Positions 13,851 to 27,358 of a DNA stretch of 64,000 nucleotides are shown here, in pieces. Every line of letters begins with the position of its first letter. The stretch's first letter is position 1. The stretch lies in NCBI RefSeq assembly GCF_006345805.1, contig NC_043014.1:20088001-20152000 (forward strand), in the 5' to 3' direction. The DNA comes from Octopus sinensis (lineage: Eukaryota). Position numbers and translations under genes: made by a program. The notes under the pieces are model-generated. The model did not search any database. It was not told the DNA's origin and worked only from the letters and a program-made list of their open reading frames with translations.

Positions 13851-13902
<52 letters not shown>

Positions 13903-13991
13903 GTGTGTGTGTGTGTGTATGTATATATATATATATATGTGTGTGTATCTATGTATATGTATTTATATATATATATATATGTATATATATG

Positions 13992-14022
<31 letters not shown>

Positions 14023-14407
14023 TATATATGTGTGTGTGTGTGGTGTATGTGTGTGTGTGTTAGTATATTAGAGAATATTCTAAGCGCACACACAGATATT
14101 CATTTATGAGAGAATGCTTCTTTATATGTGTTTGTGAGAAGGTGCAAATGAAGTGGAACAAACAATGTAAACACGTGAAAAACTACAAACGACAGGAAAA
14201 AGCGAAGATTATGCCATCATCAGATGTTCCACTAGGAATCAAAATATATTCGTTGTCTCAGGCAGGTATTTGTTTTGAAAATACAACCATATTCTCTCAC
14301 ATAATTTACGCTTAGACACACACGCGTGCACACACACACGCGTGCACACACACACGCGTGCACACACACACGTATATATATATATATATATACACCCCAC
14401 CCATATA

Positions 14408-14731
14408 TTTTTTTAAGAGTCGTTATCGCAACCACATTGCAGCTTTCGAAAAATCCTTAAACGGTATGTAGCATCGCTGAATGATTTTATCTGGAGGCTC
14501 AAGAAGATGAAGGCAAAATATAACCTGACCTAGTCCATAATTAGACATTTGAGTCCCTATAGCACATTATCACGGAAATGCCAGCTATGTTCCGAAGAGT
14601 CACTCTCAATATTGTTAACGAAGAAGCACATTGCAAACAGATTTACGGAGCAATTACCCAGGTACCTGCATACAGCTAAACAGACATTTACATACTACAA
14701 TCTAAACCACACCGAACTAATGAAAATATAA
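14408..14731 (+). pseudogene. Penelope-like element, C-terminal part of the GIY-YIG endonuclease
   Basis: FFKSRYRNHIAAF / frameshift / LNDFIWRLKK..KYNLT*SIIRHLSPYSTLSRKCQLCSEESLSILL..NRFTEQL..LH matches the PLE pattern FK.RY.NH..SF..IW.LK..WSI..PY..C.LC..EK..I..N.R.E...C.H. Confidence 0.7.
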
Positions 14732-15409
14732 CACCCCCAACTCGGATTAATCCCCCTGAGTTAAAACCTTATATACTAGAACAGAACCGTATTCGAATAA
14801 CATGTATTTAGAGATGTAACATTACAATCCGGATGTGTATATGTATATAAATATATGTATCTATATATGTATGTATATATGTATGTGAATATGTGTGTGC
14901 CTCTGTCTTCATGTGTGTGTCTGTGTATACGGATCTGTGTACGTACCGATATGCATCTTTATATATGTGTGTGTATATGTATAGATGCGTATATGCGCAT
15001 ATGTATGTATTCTTTTATGTTTTTATTTTCTTATTCTATATGTATAACATAAAAATAAAATAAGTACTGGGGTCGGAAAATTCTTCAAGGCGGTGTCTTA
15101 CTATGTTTGCAGTCTATTGACTGAAACAAATAAAAGATAACCGATATAATGTTTAAAAAAAAGAGGTTTAAACATTTATATCACTAAAAATGGCGTCATT
15201 AGTTCTAATAAAACACCTGCTGAGACATTTGATCATGCGTATCCTTCCTGTAGGATTTTTACTCGGAGAATTGGATATTCTAGACTGCTTGTATGGTTGT
15301 AAGGCAATGGGGCTTTATGAACATTTTCATGACTATTTGCGGTATCGATTTTAGTATAGTATGATTCAGTAATGAACTTTCTTATAATAGTGCCTTAATG
15401 AAGGTAAAG

Positions 15410-15730
15410 ACCCCTTTCGATCACGAATGACCGTGAGATTGCATCTAGAAATTTCCCCACCCCGAGACACGTCCGAGCAAGGCTGTTTATAGAAGACCAG
15501 CAGTCACCCATGCATACCAGCATCCTATCTCCACGCCACCGATGTTGTCCAAGGGAAATACTAATGTAGACTGACTTTGCACAAGTGACGCTGGAACGCC
15601 ATTTTTACTGCTGAGGCAACTAGAACCACGTGAAATAAAGTGTCTTGCTCAAGAACACAACACAAAGGCCGGTCCAGGAATCGAACTTACAACCACACCA
15701 TTGTAAGACCTATCTTGCAACCACTGGGGC
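15410..15730 (-). mobile_element. tRNA-derived SINE (family 2)
   Basis: Minus strand has CAGTGGTT...GAT-tRNA-like head with AGTTCGATTCCTGG and GTTGTGTTCTTGAGCAAGACACTTTATTTCA, shared with 40888-41125. Confidence 0.7.
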
Positions 15731-15970
15731 AGGTAACATGTCTTGTGCAATGAAGATGCATGTAATGTGCCTGCTTCTGTGCATGTTTAAATGTGTTGTG
15801 TGTGCGTGTTTATCAGTATGTACGAACATAATTATAAATACATATACATATGCATGAGAATATATAAACATATATATGAGCACAGTTATGCACATATATA
15901 CATATATGTACACGCACGCATACACACACACACACGCACACACACATATATATATAAATAAATACATATG

Positions 15971-16024
<54 letters not shown>

Positions 16025-17609
16025 GTATATATATACAGAGACAGAGAGAGAAAATCAGTGTAGCTAATGGAAACTCTATGTAAGCAAGTTTGAATATAAA
16101 TCAATGTTTATGCCTTTGCGTGAATGTTATGTCTGTATTTGTGTGTGAGTATGAAAATATGTACTCCAGCTATCTGTATGTGTGGGTGTGGGTGTGCGCG
16201 CGTGTTTGTGCGCATATGTGTGTGCGTATGTTTCAGTGTGTTAGTGTGTGTGTGTGTGTGTTAGTGTGTGTGTGTGTGTGTGTGTGTGCAATATATAATA
16301 CACAATCATATGTACGAGGCAATGGACCAGCACTCGGCGTTAATCTCTTTCATAATCTCCCTCTCAGTACCAGTTCTTAAGCTCTTCAATGGTGTCCGCA
16401 ACAGTCAACCAGAATGATATACGTTCCATTTAATTACTGATTTAAATCTTAGGAAACATCGACAACACTTATGCGTTCACTATTGCGTTGTAAATTAGTA
16501 AACTGTGAAGTGTGGCCGTTGGTCGGTATGTGCAAAATATTGTTGCAACATTCAGGATTAATAAACAATACGATAACAGTGGAATATTGCTATATGCAAC
16601 GCATCTACACAGAATACATATAATTACACAAAGCCACTGGCCTGCTCAGCACACACACATACACACACACACACGCACGCACACATGCTTGTATACACAC
16701 ATACACATACTTACACATACACGCATAGATGCACAATCACACACTAACACAACTATATATATGAATCGAAATAAAAGTAGAAAATTAAATATTAATTTTT
16801 ACCAGCGGTCAGAGTCAGTAAAGATGTCCGCAGGCTACAAATAACATCATATATACAAAAATATAAAATACATACACGTTGGCCACTAGTAAAATTAATA
16901 TTTAATTTTTTCCCTATAGTTAGATTTATATATGTATGTATTTTGTTTATATATGTGTGAGTGTGTGTGTGTGTGTGTGTGTGTTTTTATATGCGTGTAT
17001 AGATGTTATATGCATATACACAAATAATTAACACACACAAAATATGTGTGTGTTTATAAATATATATTATGCATGTATATAATGTATATGTTTATGTATT
17101 CTTTTATTTGTTTCAGTCATTTTGCGGCGGTCACGCTGGAATACCGTCTTTAGTCAAAGAAATCGATTCCAGGACTTAGTCTTTGTAAGCCCAGTACTTA
17201 TTCTATTGGACACTTATATATATATAAGGGAAGACGGAGAAAGAAAATCGCCAACGATACACATGCGGTCACACACACATATATATATAAAAGTATATTG
17301 ATGTATGTTCCTGAGTTTATAAACAGAATTTCTCAGTTCATGAAGTGTGAACGCATTGCTGATTATATTCATTTTTGTGTGTACATTTAAATAAATGCAC
17401 CCGGGAGGATGCATTTGATCTCATTTCTCGGTAACATCAGTTGGCCGAACACGTGCGAATTTTTTTTTTTTTTTCGTTTTTATTTAACTTACAAATATGT
17501 CAGATCATTTTGTCGCACCCAGATACAAACACGGACAAACACCTACCACAACCATGTAAATTACACACCACCACGCCCCGTCAAATACACACACATGCAC
17601 ACATACATA

Positions 17610-17748
17610 TATGACGGGCTTCTTTCAGTTTCCACTCAAGTCTTTGGTCGGCCTGAAGCTATAGTTAAAAATACCTACCGAAGGTGCCAAACAGTGAGAC
17701 TGAACCAGGAACTATTTGGTTGGGAAGCAAACTTCTTACAACATAGTT
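17610..17748 (-). mobile_element. tRNA-derived SINE (family 4) fragment
   Basis: Reverse complement resembles 63768-63930 (GTAAGAAG.TTGCTTCCCAACCA...GGTTCAGTC.CA). Confidence 0.6.
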
Positions 17749-17774
17749 AAGCTATATTTTTTTTTATCTGGATA

Positions 17775-18319
17775 TATTGGGTTGTCCGGAAAGTTCGTAT
17801 GACTCATTTTAGAACATGGTTGAGTCCACAAAATAGGATTTGACAACACCTCCATTTTAGAGCACAGTTTAAGCTATCTTTTCGTGGAAGAAGGTTTATG
17901 ATCTAACCTGTGTTAATTCTGTAACCCTTTAAAATGGAAGATAAGAAAGTTCATTTTCGGCACTTGATACTTTGGGAACCAGGCAGAAATTGCTGCAGCT
18001 CGGCTGGGATGTGTTACCCAACCCTCCATATTCACCAGATATTGCTCCTTCGGATTTCCACTTATTCAGGTCTCTGCAGAATAGTCTTAATGGTAAAAAT
18101 TTCAATTCCTTAGATGACGTAAAAAGATACCTTGATGAATTCTTTGCCATGAAACCACCGCAATTCTGGGAAGAGGGTATTATCAAGTTAATGAAAAGAT
18201 AGAGACAATTTGTGCAACAAAATGGTTCATATTTGGGTGATTTAAAATGTAATGGCAAGTATTCATTGACCTTTTTCTTTCCTTTAAAAATCGGCAGGAA
18301 CATTCCAGACAACCCAATA
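17775..18319 (+). mobile_element. Internally deleted mariner (~545 bp, both TIRs)
   Basis: TIRs TATTGGGTTGTCCGGAAAGTT / AACATTCCAGACAACCCAATA with TA flanks. N-terminus MEDKKVHFRHLILWE is joined to C-terminus LGWDVLPNPPYSPDIAPSDFHLFRSLQN. Confidence 0.9.
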
Positions 18320-19130
18320 TAATACATGAATTAAGGAACCTCCATTCCTTTTTGTCGGTGCTATTTAATATGTCGGCTTGCAACTTACAACAGTGTGAGT
18401 TACAGATTTCATTGCAATTCCCACGTTTGCATACGAGTTTATAAATCACAATTTGTGAGCAGTTTAAAAGCTTGTGGTTTGTTATTGATAAGAGGGTTTC
18501 AATTTCTCTGTTTTTCAAGCATGGGCTCGTGTTTGTCTATCGTCTGATGCAATGGATTTTCTCTTCTGTTTTATGTATTCACTTATTCTATAGTTAGTAT
18601 ATATCTAATATATAAAATAGATTTCACATGTAGTTTTTTTATTATTTTTAATAATACTGTTTGATGTATATTAATGCGTTGTATTCATGTTTGCATTGAT
18701 TTATGTCTAGTCCTATTAATTTGTTAGAATAGCAGCTGTTGACTGGGGGGTATTTTATCTGGAATTCCTTATGATAAAACATTTGATAAAAACGTAAAAC
18801 TACAGAAGTTTAGTTTTAAATGAGACACAGACACGACGTACACAAGGAAATGTAGAGAGGATATAAGTTTAGTGATGAAAACAGGAAAATGAAAGGCAAG
18901 GCATCAGTAAATATACATTTTTATTATTAGATAATATATATACACGCATATATATACATGCATGCGCACACTCACACACATACGCGCATGCGAACACACA
19001 CAGACACACAAACACACATACACGCACACATACACACACACACACACACATGCACACACACACACATATATATATATATACACATCTATACATATCATAT
19101 GTATAGATATACACATACATATGTATATGA

Positions 19131-19171
<41 letters not shown>

Positions 19172-19172
<1 letters not shown>

Positions 19173-19218
19173 CGTGTGCTGACGAGAGACAATAATCTCG
19201 AAACTGCAGTCCATACGT
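19172..19218 (+). ncRNA. Minimal type I hammerhead ribozyme (canonical core)
   Basis: Stem I GCGTGTG/CATACGT (with G-U pairs); CTGACGA 19179-19185; stem II GAGA-caataa-TCTC; GAA; palindromic stem III ACTGCAGT; predicted GUC cleavage after 19211. Confidence 0.8.
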
Positions 19219-19477
19219 ATCACTTAGGTTTTCGAGAGAGGATGACCTCTCTTTGCGAATATCATTAAAGAGCACAGGATTGTGTCTAAAGCCAGCTGGA
19301 GACGATGATCTCCGGGGGCTAAAAAGCTACAGTAACACCCCCACCCCTACTGGTTAGCCATATTAAGATGACTAGTTTCCTTTACGTTGTCGAGCGCTTA
19401 CTGTTGACATCTCGCTCAGAGATTTATTATTGCTATATATATATATATGTATTTATGTATATATATATGCATATATA

Positions 19478-19569
<92 letters not shown>

Positions 19570-19572
<3 letters not shown>

Positions 19573-20362
19573 GGTGTTTTAAAAAAATTGATATCATTTC
19601 GCAATCTAATAACTTTGCCAGTTCTTGTTCAAATGACTTCACACTTTAACAGCATGTGTAGAAACAGGTCAAAACGGCAATGCAGATTTGGATATGGCAC
19701 AAAAAAATTCAATGAGGAGGGCTGTCTGTGCAGGGAAAAAGGATCTGGACTAATATCAGAAAAAACGGTCGAGCGGGTTCGCCAAAAGCTTTTGCGAAGC
19801 ACCAATTAGTCCATAAGAAGCACGGTTTTGGAAACTCAGATTCCTTCAACGACTGTTTGGCACGTTCTGGCGAAACGCTTACTAATGAAACCCTATGAGC
19901 TGCAGTGCGTTCAGGCCATAACGGCAGATAACAAGCCAAAGTACAAACAATTCTGTGTTAATATGCAAGAGAAACTTGCAGAAACCGAGATCAAGGAATG
20001 TCTTATTTTCAGTGATGAGTCCACATTTCATACGAATGGCAAAGTCAATAAGCATAATATTCGCATTTGGGGCGACGAAAATCCCCATGCCACAGCTGAG
20101 CATGCGACGGACTCACCAGAAGTGAATGTGCTCTGCGCCATCCCCAAGAAGCATCTTCATGGCCCGTTTATCTTCTAGGGACATCGGACCGGCGATGTGA
20201 AATCGTTAATAGAATCCACATGCCTTTGAATTTCTCATTCAAATTTGGAGGAATAAATTTTATGTTGTTCGACATTAAGCGTGTTTAGTTTCATTTGCAT
20301 TGACTATGTAGTATCTGTGACTTTTACATCTCAAATGATATCAAATTTTTTGAAACACCCTG
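19570..20362 (+). mobile_element. Internally deleted Tc1/mariner-superfamily element, rosa/DD41D-like
   Basis: TIRs CAGGGTGTTTTAAAAAAATTGATATCATTT / AAATGATATCAAATTTTTTGAAACACCCTG with TA flanks. ORF 19828-20178 contains IFSDESTFHTNGKVNKHNIRIWGDENPH...SPEVNVLCAI...GPFIF. Subfamily assignment is from motif memory. Confidence 0.8.
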
Positions 20363-20393
<31 letters not shown>

Positions 20394-20474
20394 TATATAT
20401 ATATACGTTCTGTATTCAAATTGTGACGAGGTCGACTTTGCCATTTATTCTTTCGGAGTCGATAAAATAAGTAT

Positions 20475-20508
<34 letters not shown>

Positions 20509-20934
20509 AAGATGCATATAAGCATACATATATACACACACATACACACGCACAATATTTGCAGGTTTCATTTGAATCAAGCTATTATTATTAAATAATG
20601 AGGACACGAGGCGAGGTTCGAAGTCCTCATAGCCATGTATAAATCGTAAACAGACTCTCCCGCATATATATTTCCGCATATATCCATAGACGGACATATT
20701 CAACCATTTACTTATATATGTGCATGAACACATCAATATTAACATTGTTTAAGAAATGTTATTTCGCCGTAGTATATAGAGTGAACATGATTGACCTTGA
20801 CATTACCGCTGTTTAGCAACAAAATTATAACTTTATACTGAATTGTACGCTAAATACCACATATTCAAACTTAGTATATGCCATAAGGAAAATCACTTAA
20901 CTTATAATTAATAATTAATAATTATGTTTTGAAG

Positions 20935-21060
20935 ACCCATTGCATGGTGGCTAGGTATTCGCTTCGTGATCGTAATGACGTGAGTTCGATTCATGGCAAA
21001 GCGATGTGTCATTGAGTAAGATACTTTATTTCACGTTGCATCTGTTCTCTCTACAGGCAG
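20935..21060 (+). mobile_element. Diverged SINE head (family 2)
   Basis: GGTGGCTAGG...GAGTTCGATTCATGG...TTGAGTAAGATACTTTATTTCACGTTG. Confidence 0.5.
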
Positions 21061-21078
21061 CAATGTGATCTGTGAGTG

Positions 21079-21295
21079 AAGGCAGTGAGCTGGTAGAATC
21101 GTTAGCACGTCGGGGAAAATGCTTAGCGGCATTTCGTCCTTCTTCACGTTCTGTATTCAAATTGTGACGAGGTCGACTTTGCCATTTATTCTTTCGGAGT
21201 CGATAAAATAAGTACTAGTTGAACATTGTGGCCAACATAACCGGCTTATCTTCTCCCGCCAAATCACTGGCCTTTTCCCAAATTTTGAAACCAGT
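21079..21295 (+). mobile_element. tRNA-derived SINE (main family), full copy
   Basis: AAGGCAGTGAGCTGGTAGAATCGTTAGCACG head through to the TGGCCTT..CCAAATTTTGAAACCA tail. Confidence 0.8.
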
Positions 21296-22299
21296 AATTA
21301 GTAATTATTCTATTGGCACCCCGTCGGTTACGATTACGATGGTTCCATTTGATTCGATCGACGGCACAGCCTGCTCGTGAAATTAACATGCAAGTGGTTG
21401 CATACTCAGGAGACATGCGTACCCTTAACGTAGTTCTCAAGGAGATTCAGTGTGACACATTGAACGCGGCATCGCAAATCGAACTCAGAACTTACGATCA
21501 AGAGCTGGATACACTAACCACTAAGTTACACACTTTCACATTATGCTATTGCTCTGGAGGAAAACTGCCTATGTTGTTTATTACGATGGTATCTCATTGC
21601 TGAGGATGTTTCGTTGACTGCCTTCAAGGCAGACAGTGTGAATTTAAGGACTATATCGATTCGGACAACTTAGCTTCCCATTTTTTCTGTATTTAATAAC
21701 TGATGGCGAATTGATAGATTGTTCGCGCATACTCCTACACCACCTTCACCAACATTTTCCCCACCTACAACATCAAGACCACTTTTAAAACAACCGAATT
21801 ATGTGGCCTTGTACTAATATTAGAAATCATTAATATACGGCAATCGATTTAATTGATTTTATACTGCCCTAAGAATTTTAATGCCAAGAACACATAAATA
21901 GGAAATTATATGCTTCCTGCTTGGAGATTTCCCTGTGGAGAAACATAATGAAATAGAAACATGAAAAGTACTATGAATAAAATGGCATATGTCTCTGTAT
22001 GCTGATTACGTTTTCTGTTTCGAAATGTTTACTGATGAAAAGAACTTCAAATCATAAAAACATGGAACAATAATTTTCGTAGTGGTTGGCAAATGTTAAT
22101 GTTTTAGGTGAGCATGTTGAGCCCCTGTACTATTTCTTAAATCTGGTACTTTTAAAGCAATTTCTACTAATCACACACTAACTAGATTCGGGAGATGAAA
22201 AATAAGACACCATTTTAGCAAGCGAGTCAAACGTAAAGCTACCCAGCGTAAAGAACACGTAGAAACGCACACGCAATCATATATATATATAATATATAT

Positions 22300-22378
<79 letters not shown>

Positions 22379-22555
22379 TATTTAGTGTAGGAAGAAATGG
22401 AGCTGAACGAAGATTTACCAAAATTCCTTTTTATTATTTTCTACATGTGTTTCAAAGGCTGCAGGAACTTTGCAGCCTTTGAAACATATGTAGAAAATAA
22501 TAAAAAGGAATTTTGTTAAATCTTCGTTCAGCTCCATTTCTTCCTACACTAAATA
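22379..22555. repeat. Near-perfect palindrome (85-bp arms, 7-nt loop, 2 mismatches)
   Basis: Left arm 22379-22463, loop GGAACTT, right arm 22471-22555; (TA)n on the left. Confidence 0.95.
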
Positions 22556-22711
22556 AATATATAAAACTTCAAATTTCCGCACTAAGGCACGGATTTTAGG
22601 CCCCATGGTCGTAACCTCAACCGTGCTTTTTCTGTTGTGATTTTTGCTCCCCAGGTATCGGTTATCATTTGAATAATCCGTAATAAGATAATTCATTTAT
22701 CTACTTCAATA

Positions 22712-22753
<42 letters not shown>

Positions 22754-22754
22754 T

Positions 22755-22792
<38 letters not shown>

Positions 22793-22822
22793 CATACATA
22801 CATACATACATACATACATACA

Positions 22823-22938
<116 letters not shown>

Positions 22939-23040
22939 ATATATAACGGGAAGCTTTATGAAAATAAACAAAAGACGAAGGCAGGTAATACAAACAAACA
23001 ATTGTATTAGTATGGCGCTCAGGAATATAAATAAAACAAG

Positions 23041-23078
23041 TCTTTTACGTTTCGAGCCTACGCTCTTCAACAGAAAGA
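23041..23078 (-). ncRNA. Variant minimal hammerhead-like motif in a dispersed repeat (copy A)
   Basis: TCTTT-CTGTTGAA-GAGC gtag GCTC-GAA-ACGT-A-AAAGA; the core departs from CUGANGA. Confidence 0.45.
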
Positions 23079-23829
23079 TACACAGAAAAGAAACACGGAA
23101 AGAAACAAGGCGAGAAAAAAATGGCATATACATATACATATACATATATATATATATATATAAATATTAAATTACGAATCACAAGCGGCGTTAGTAATGT
23201 AAACATTATCGACTGCATATACACAATGTATGTGCTTCGATTATTCACCGAATTCACTGCAGGATGGCGTTTACAGAGAAACTTCCTAAAAACGCTGGGT
23301 GTTAAAACAACTGAAAGTCATAGACCAAGCGAGACAATGAAGCATTGGTGTAACCATGATGTCATAATGATCTGACATCCAGCTTTCTTTATCTGCGCTC
23401 GTTCGTAATTATACAATTTTATTGTATAATCAGTAGCATGCATATTAGTGCCAGGAGATAAAATGATTTATTATACACTTAAATTATTATAATATGACGA
23501 AGGCTGCGAAACGACCGTAATCCCAAGGATGACAATTGGTTAAATAATTATATTCATCTCTCATACATCCTGACTTTTTTATGGTTTATATAATTATGAA
23601 ATAATTTCATCGATCGGATTTCCTGGTTATCAGCTGCATAGAAATCTGATTATATTCTCCTGTATTTAGAGTACAATGTGGGCTGCAAAATATTTCAGTA
23701 ATTGCCACATGATCTTAAGAATCCATGAATTACACTACATATATATATGTAATTGAACGCCACACATCCATTTCCAAGTGTGTGTATATATATATATATA
23801 TGTGCGTGTGTGTGCGTGTGTGTGTGCGT

Positions 23830-23877
<48 letters not shown>

Positions 23878-24504
23878 TGTGTGTGTGTGTGTACTTAAGA
23901 CCTTGATCATATGGGTCCACACTGCTTAAATCAAGCTCGTTTTTTCTCTCTAATTTTTATTACATCTTTCAGAATATATTGTTTTGTATGACAGCCAAAG
24001 AAATTCCACCTTGCCATGACATTCATTTTGTTTCCCAGAGAATGGATGTAAGTGTGCCTTCTCTGCAAATATCTGTGAGAGTGAGAGTCTGCGGTTACGG
24101 ACAAAGCAGAAGGAGACGTCTATATAAAGAACTAAAAATGCTACAAAATTAGCAGATTATTTCATAGCAAAGGTATATCAGTATTTCAATTAATCTGTAT
24201 TTTTTTAAACAAACGTGCAAGACTCAGGCACCTTCTCCCACAAACCGCACACACAAAAAGCAACACTCTCTCACTGTCCACTTTCCACACAGAAACTCAC
24301 TGCGTACTGACGGAATCTTAAGTTTATTGACACCAATTCGTTTAGTTAAAGGTTTTAGTATAAGCTTTAACTAAAGCTTTTAGTATAAGCTCAAGAAACT
24401 TCTTGAATTTTTCTCTGCAATTGTGCAAGACTGTGGTCGTACAAATATACGTGAGGATATGTGCGTTCGTGTATGGTTGAAGTAGTTTATGTATGTGTAT
24501 GAGT

Positions 24505-24512
24505 TGGTGATG

Positions 24513-24546
<34 letters not shown>

Positions 24547-24654
24547 AATTAGTAGTAGTAGTAGTAGTGGTGGTGGTGGTGGTCGTGGTGGTGGTGGTGA
24601 TGGTGGTTTTGGTGGTGGTGGTAGTAAGTAGTAGTAGTAGTAGTGGTGGTAGTG

Positions 24655-24702
<48 letters not shown>

Positions 24703-25128
24703 ATATATAGAGTATTATTTCATACTTTGAAACATTCCAGTTATACGTTTGCTATTGTTATAATTGTTGTTCCTGTATTTGATGTGTTCGCTGTTATTGT
24801 TGCTATTGATTTCTTCTTCTTCTTCTTCTTCTTCTTCTTCTTCTTCTTCTTCTTCTTCTTCTTCTTCTTCTCCTCCTTCTCCTTCTTCTTCTTCCTCTTC
24901 TCCTCCTCCTTCTTCTTCTCCTCCTTCTTCTTCTTCTTCTTCTTCTACTTCTTCTTCTGCTTCTTCTTCTCCTTCTTCTTCTACTTCTTCTTCTCCTTCT
25001 TCTTCTCCTTCTTCTTCTACTTCTCCTTCTTCTACTTCTTCTTTTCCTTCTTCTTCTCCTTCTTCTTCTTCTTTTCTTCTTCTTCTTCTTCTTCTTCTTC
25101 TTCTTCTACTTCTTCTTCTCTTCTTCTA
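24505..25128 (+). repeat. Compound (GTG/GTA)n and (CTT/CCT)n microsatellite block
   Basis: Direct reading; source of the poly-V/S/F ORFs. Confidence 0.95.
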
Positions 25129-25134
25129 ATCAGG

Positions 25135-25458
25135 ACTGACCCTATTAGCCAGAAAAAATAGTCTCCAATTCAAGCCTACTCTAAGCTATTAAGAACGCGT
25201 GTGGCAACTTGAAGATCCACGCACCACACGCGATAGACTGGCGGTTGCACGGGCGCGAAAGCTACGTTGTTACCCTCATTTCGTAAATGGCGGCTTTTAA
25301 CAGGTGGAGAGCTGAACCATCATGGGGTAGAGAGGATTCGCAATCTAGACTAAGGTCTGAAAGTTTACCACACCATAGTGGGTTACACCAAGGTTCCTCT
25401 GCTTTGTGGCAGAAGTAGGAAGAAAAAGTGCTCTAACCACTGGGCCATTGCACCTCAA
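25135..25458 (-). mobile_element. tRNA-headed SINE-like element (separate family)
   Basis: Minus strand starts GAGGTGCAATGGCCCAGTGGTTAGAGCAC (tRNA 5' and box A-like); the (CTT)n block lies where its tail would be. Confidence 0.5.
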
Positions 25459-25849
25459 CTTATTGCTTTTGTTATTGCATTTGCTGTGTTCGCTGTTGTT
25501 AAAATCAACTTTCTCGAGCAGGCGGATCTATGACCAAATATATTGATACAGTAAACACTCCATTTTATATTCAGATTCATGGTAACTAGGACTAGATGAT
25601 CAAAGAAGTCCTACGCTTATTTAACTTTAAGTGCAGCGATGTCCTATGACACAAATTCGCTTCTTATTTTTGTAGGTCAATCGATAACTTACAGGATTCT
25701 ACTTTATTTGACTAGCTTTTTCTGTCTTTTATCACTTCAGTAAGCAGTATTTTTTCATATATCATATATATTATAATACAGTATAATATACAAATGCATA
25801 TATGCGTGTATGTGTGCGCATGTATGTGTATATGATTATATATACATAC

Positions 25850-25895
<46 letters not shown>

Positions 25896-25944
25896 TATAT
25901 ATACAACCCCCCCCCACACACACACACATATATATATATATAGA

Positions 25945-25984
<40 letters not shown>

Positions 25985-26010
25985 ATATTATATACATATA
26001 TATTGTGTTG

Positions 26011-26199
26011 TGTCTGGGGAGAGTCATTCTCTTTTAGTGCCTTATAATTTTACATACTCACCAATAAAGTTTCCACAATTGAAAAGGTTGCAAGACACAA
26101 GGAAAATTTTAGGAAAAATAAATAGGTAAATGAGTGGAAACTTTACTGGTGAGTGTGTAAAATTATAAGGCTCTAAAAGAGAATGACTCGCCCCAGACA
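26011..26199. repeat. Inverted repeat (66-bp arms, 57-nt spacer, ~4 mismatches)
   Basis: TGTCTGGGGAGAGTCATTCTCTTTTAG...AAAGTTTCCAC is mirrored by GTGGAAACTTT...CTAAAAGAGAATGACTCGCCCCAGACA. Confidence 0.9.
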
Positions 26200-26857
26200 G
26201 AATATGCTTCAACACACGAACTCACATAAAGAATCTTGCAAACAAAACCCAAAAACATAATATATAGTTCAATTTCACGCTGAATTATGTGTTTGTTTTT
26301 ATTTTTGTCTTCTGCAATTTTATTTTTGGATCTTCAATATATATGAAAAATTTTCCTCCGTCTGGAAGTTTTATTGTCTCTACAAAACGGAAAGTTGCAT
26401 TATGGAACAATCATTTTAACGAGATTTTTTTTATTTATTTATCAGCATAATGGAGTTGTAATAGATTGCCTGAATGTCATCCACCTGAATTATACATTAG
26501 TTACTATAAACATTTGAATTATATCTACTTGAGCTTTATTATGCTTAACACTCCAGATGAATGTATTGTTTTACAACTACATTATATACAACCTTACACC
26601 CCTTCTAAGGGGTCTACCATTTGTATACTATGTTAATTATGTATACAATTTTAGAAGTTAACGCTTTGCAGCCGTTTAATCAGAATGAGGAAATCGAACA
26701 CCTATTTTGTATCCTTGAAGGGATTCGACTCTCAAATAATTTTAAATTTATTAATTAATTTTCTGAGGGTCTGAAATAATAACATATAAATACTACTCTA
26801 TTTCTCATCTATATATATATATATCATATATATATATATTATATAATATATATATAT

Positions 26858-26893
<36 letters not shown>

Positions 26894-27174
26894 GATATGA
26901 AGAATATATGCATATATAAATCATATATGTACATACCTACATCTATATGTATATATACATGGTTATATGGGTACTGGAAATCAAAAAAAAAACGTTGAAC
27001 ACAATGAGAAACGAAAAACATAAAAACCATTGTGTTCAACGTTTTGTATATATATGCATGTATATATACACATAGATGTAGGTATGTACATATATGTATG
27101 TATATATGCATATATTTATATATTATTGATATTATTGTATGATCGAACGCCACGCATCCTTTTCCAAGTAATTT

Positions 27175-27248
<74 letters not shown>

Positions 27249-27358
27249 ATCTATCTCTCCATATATATATATATATATATATATATACTGATACTGAGTT
27301 GAGTTGGTGCCTCCTAGTATCTCAAAATTCAATATATAATCATTTATGATTATAGTAT

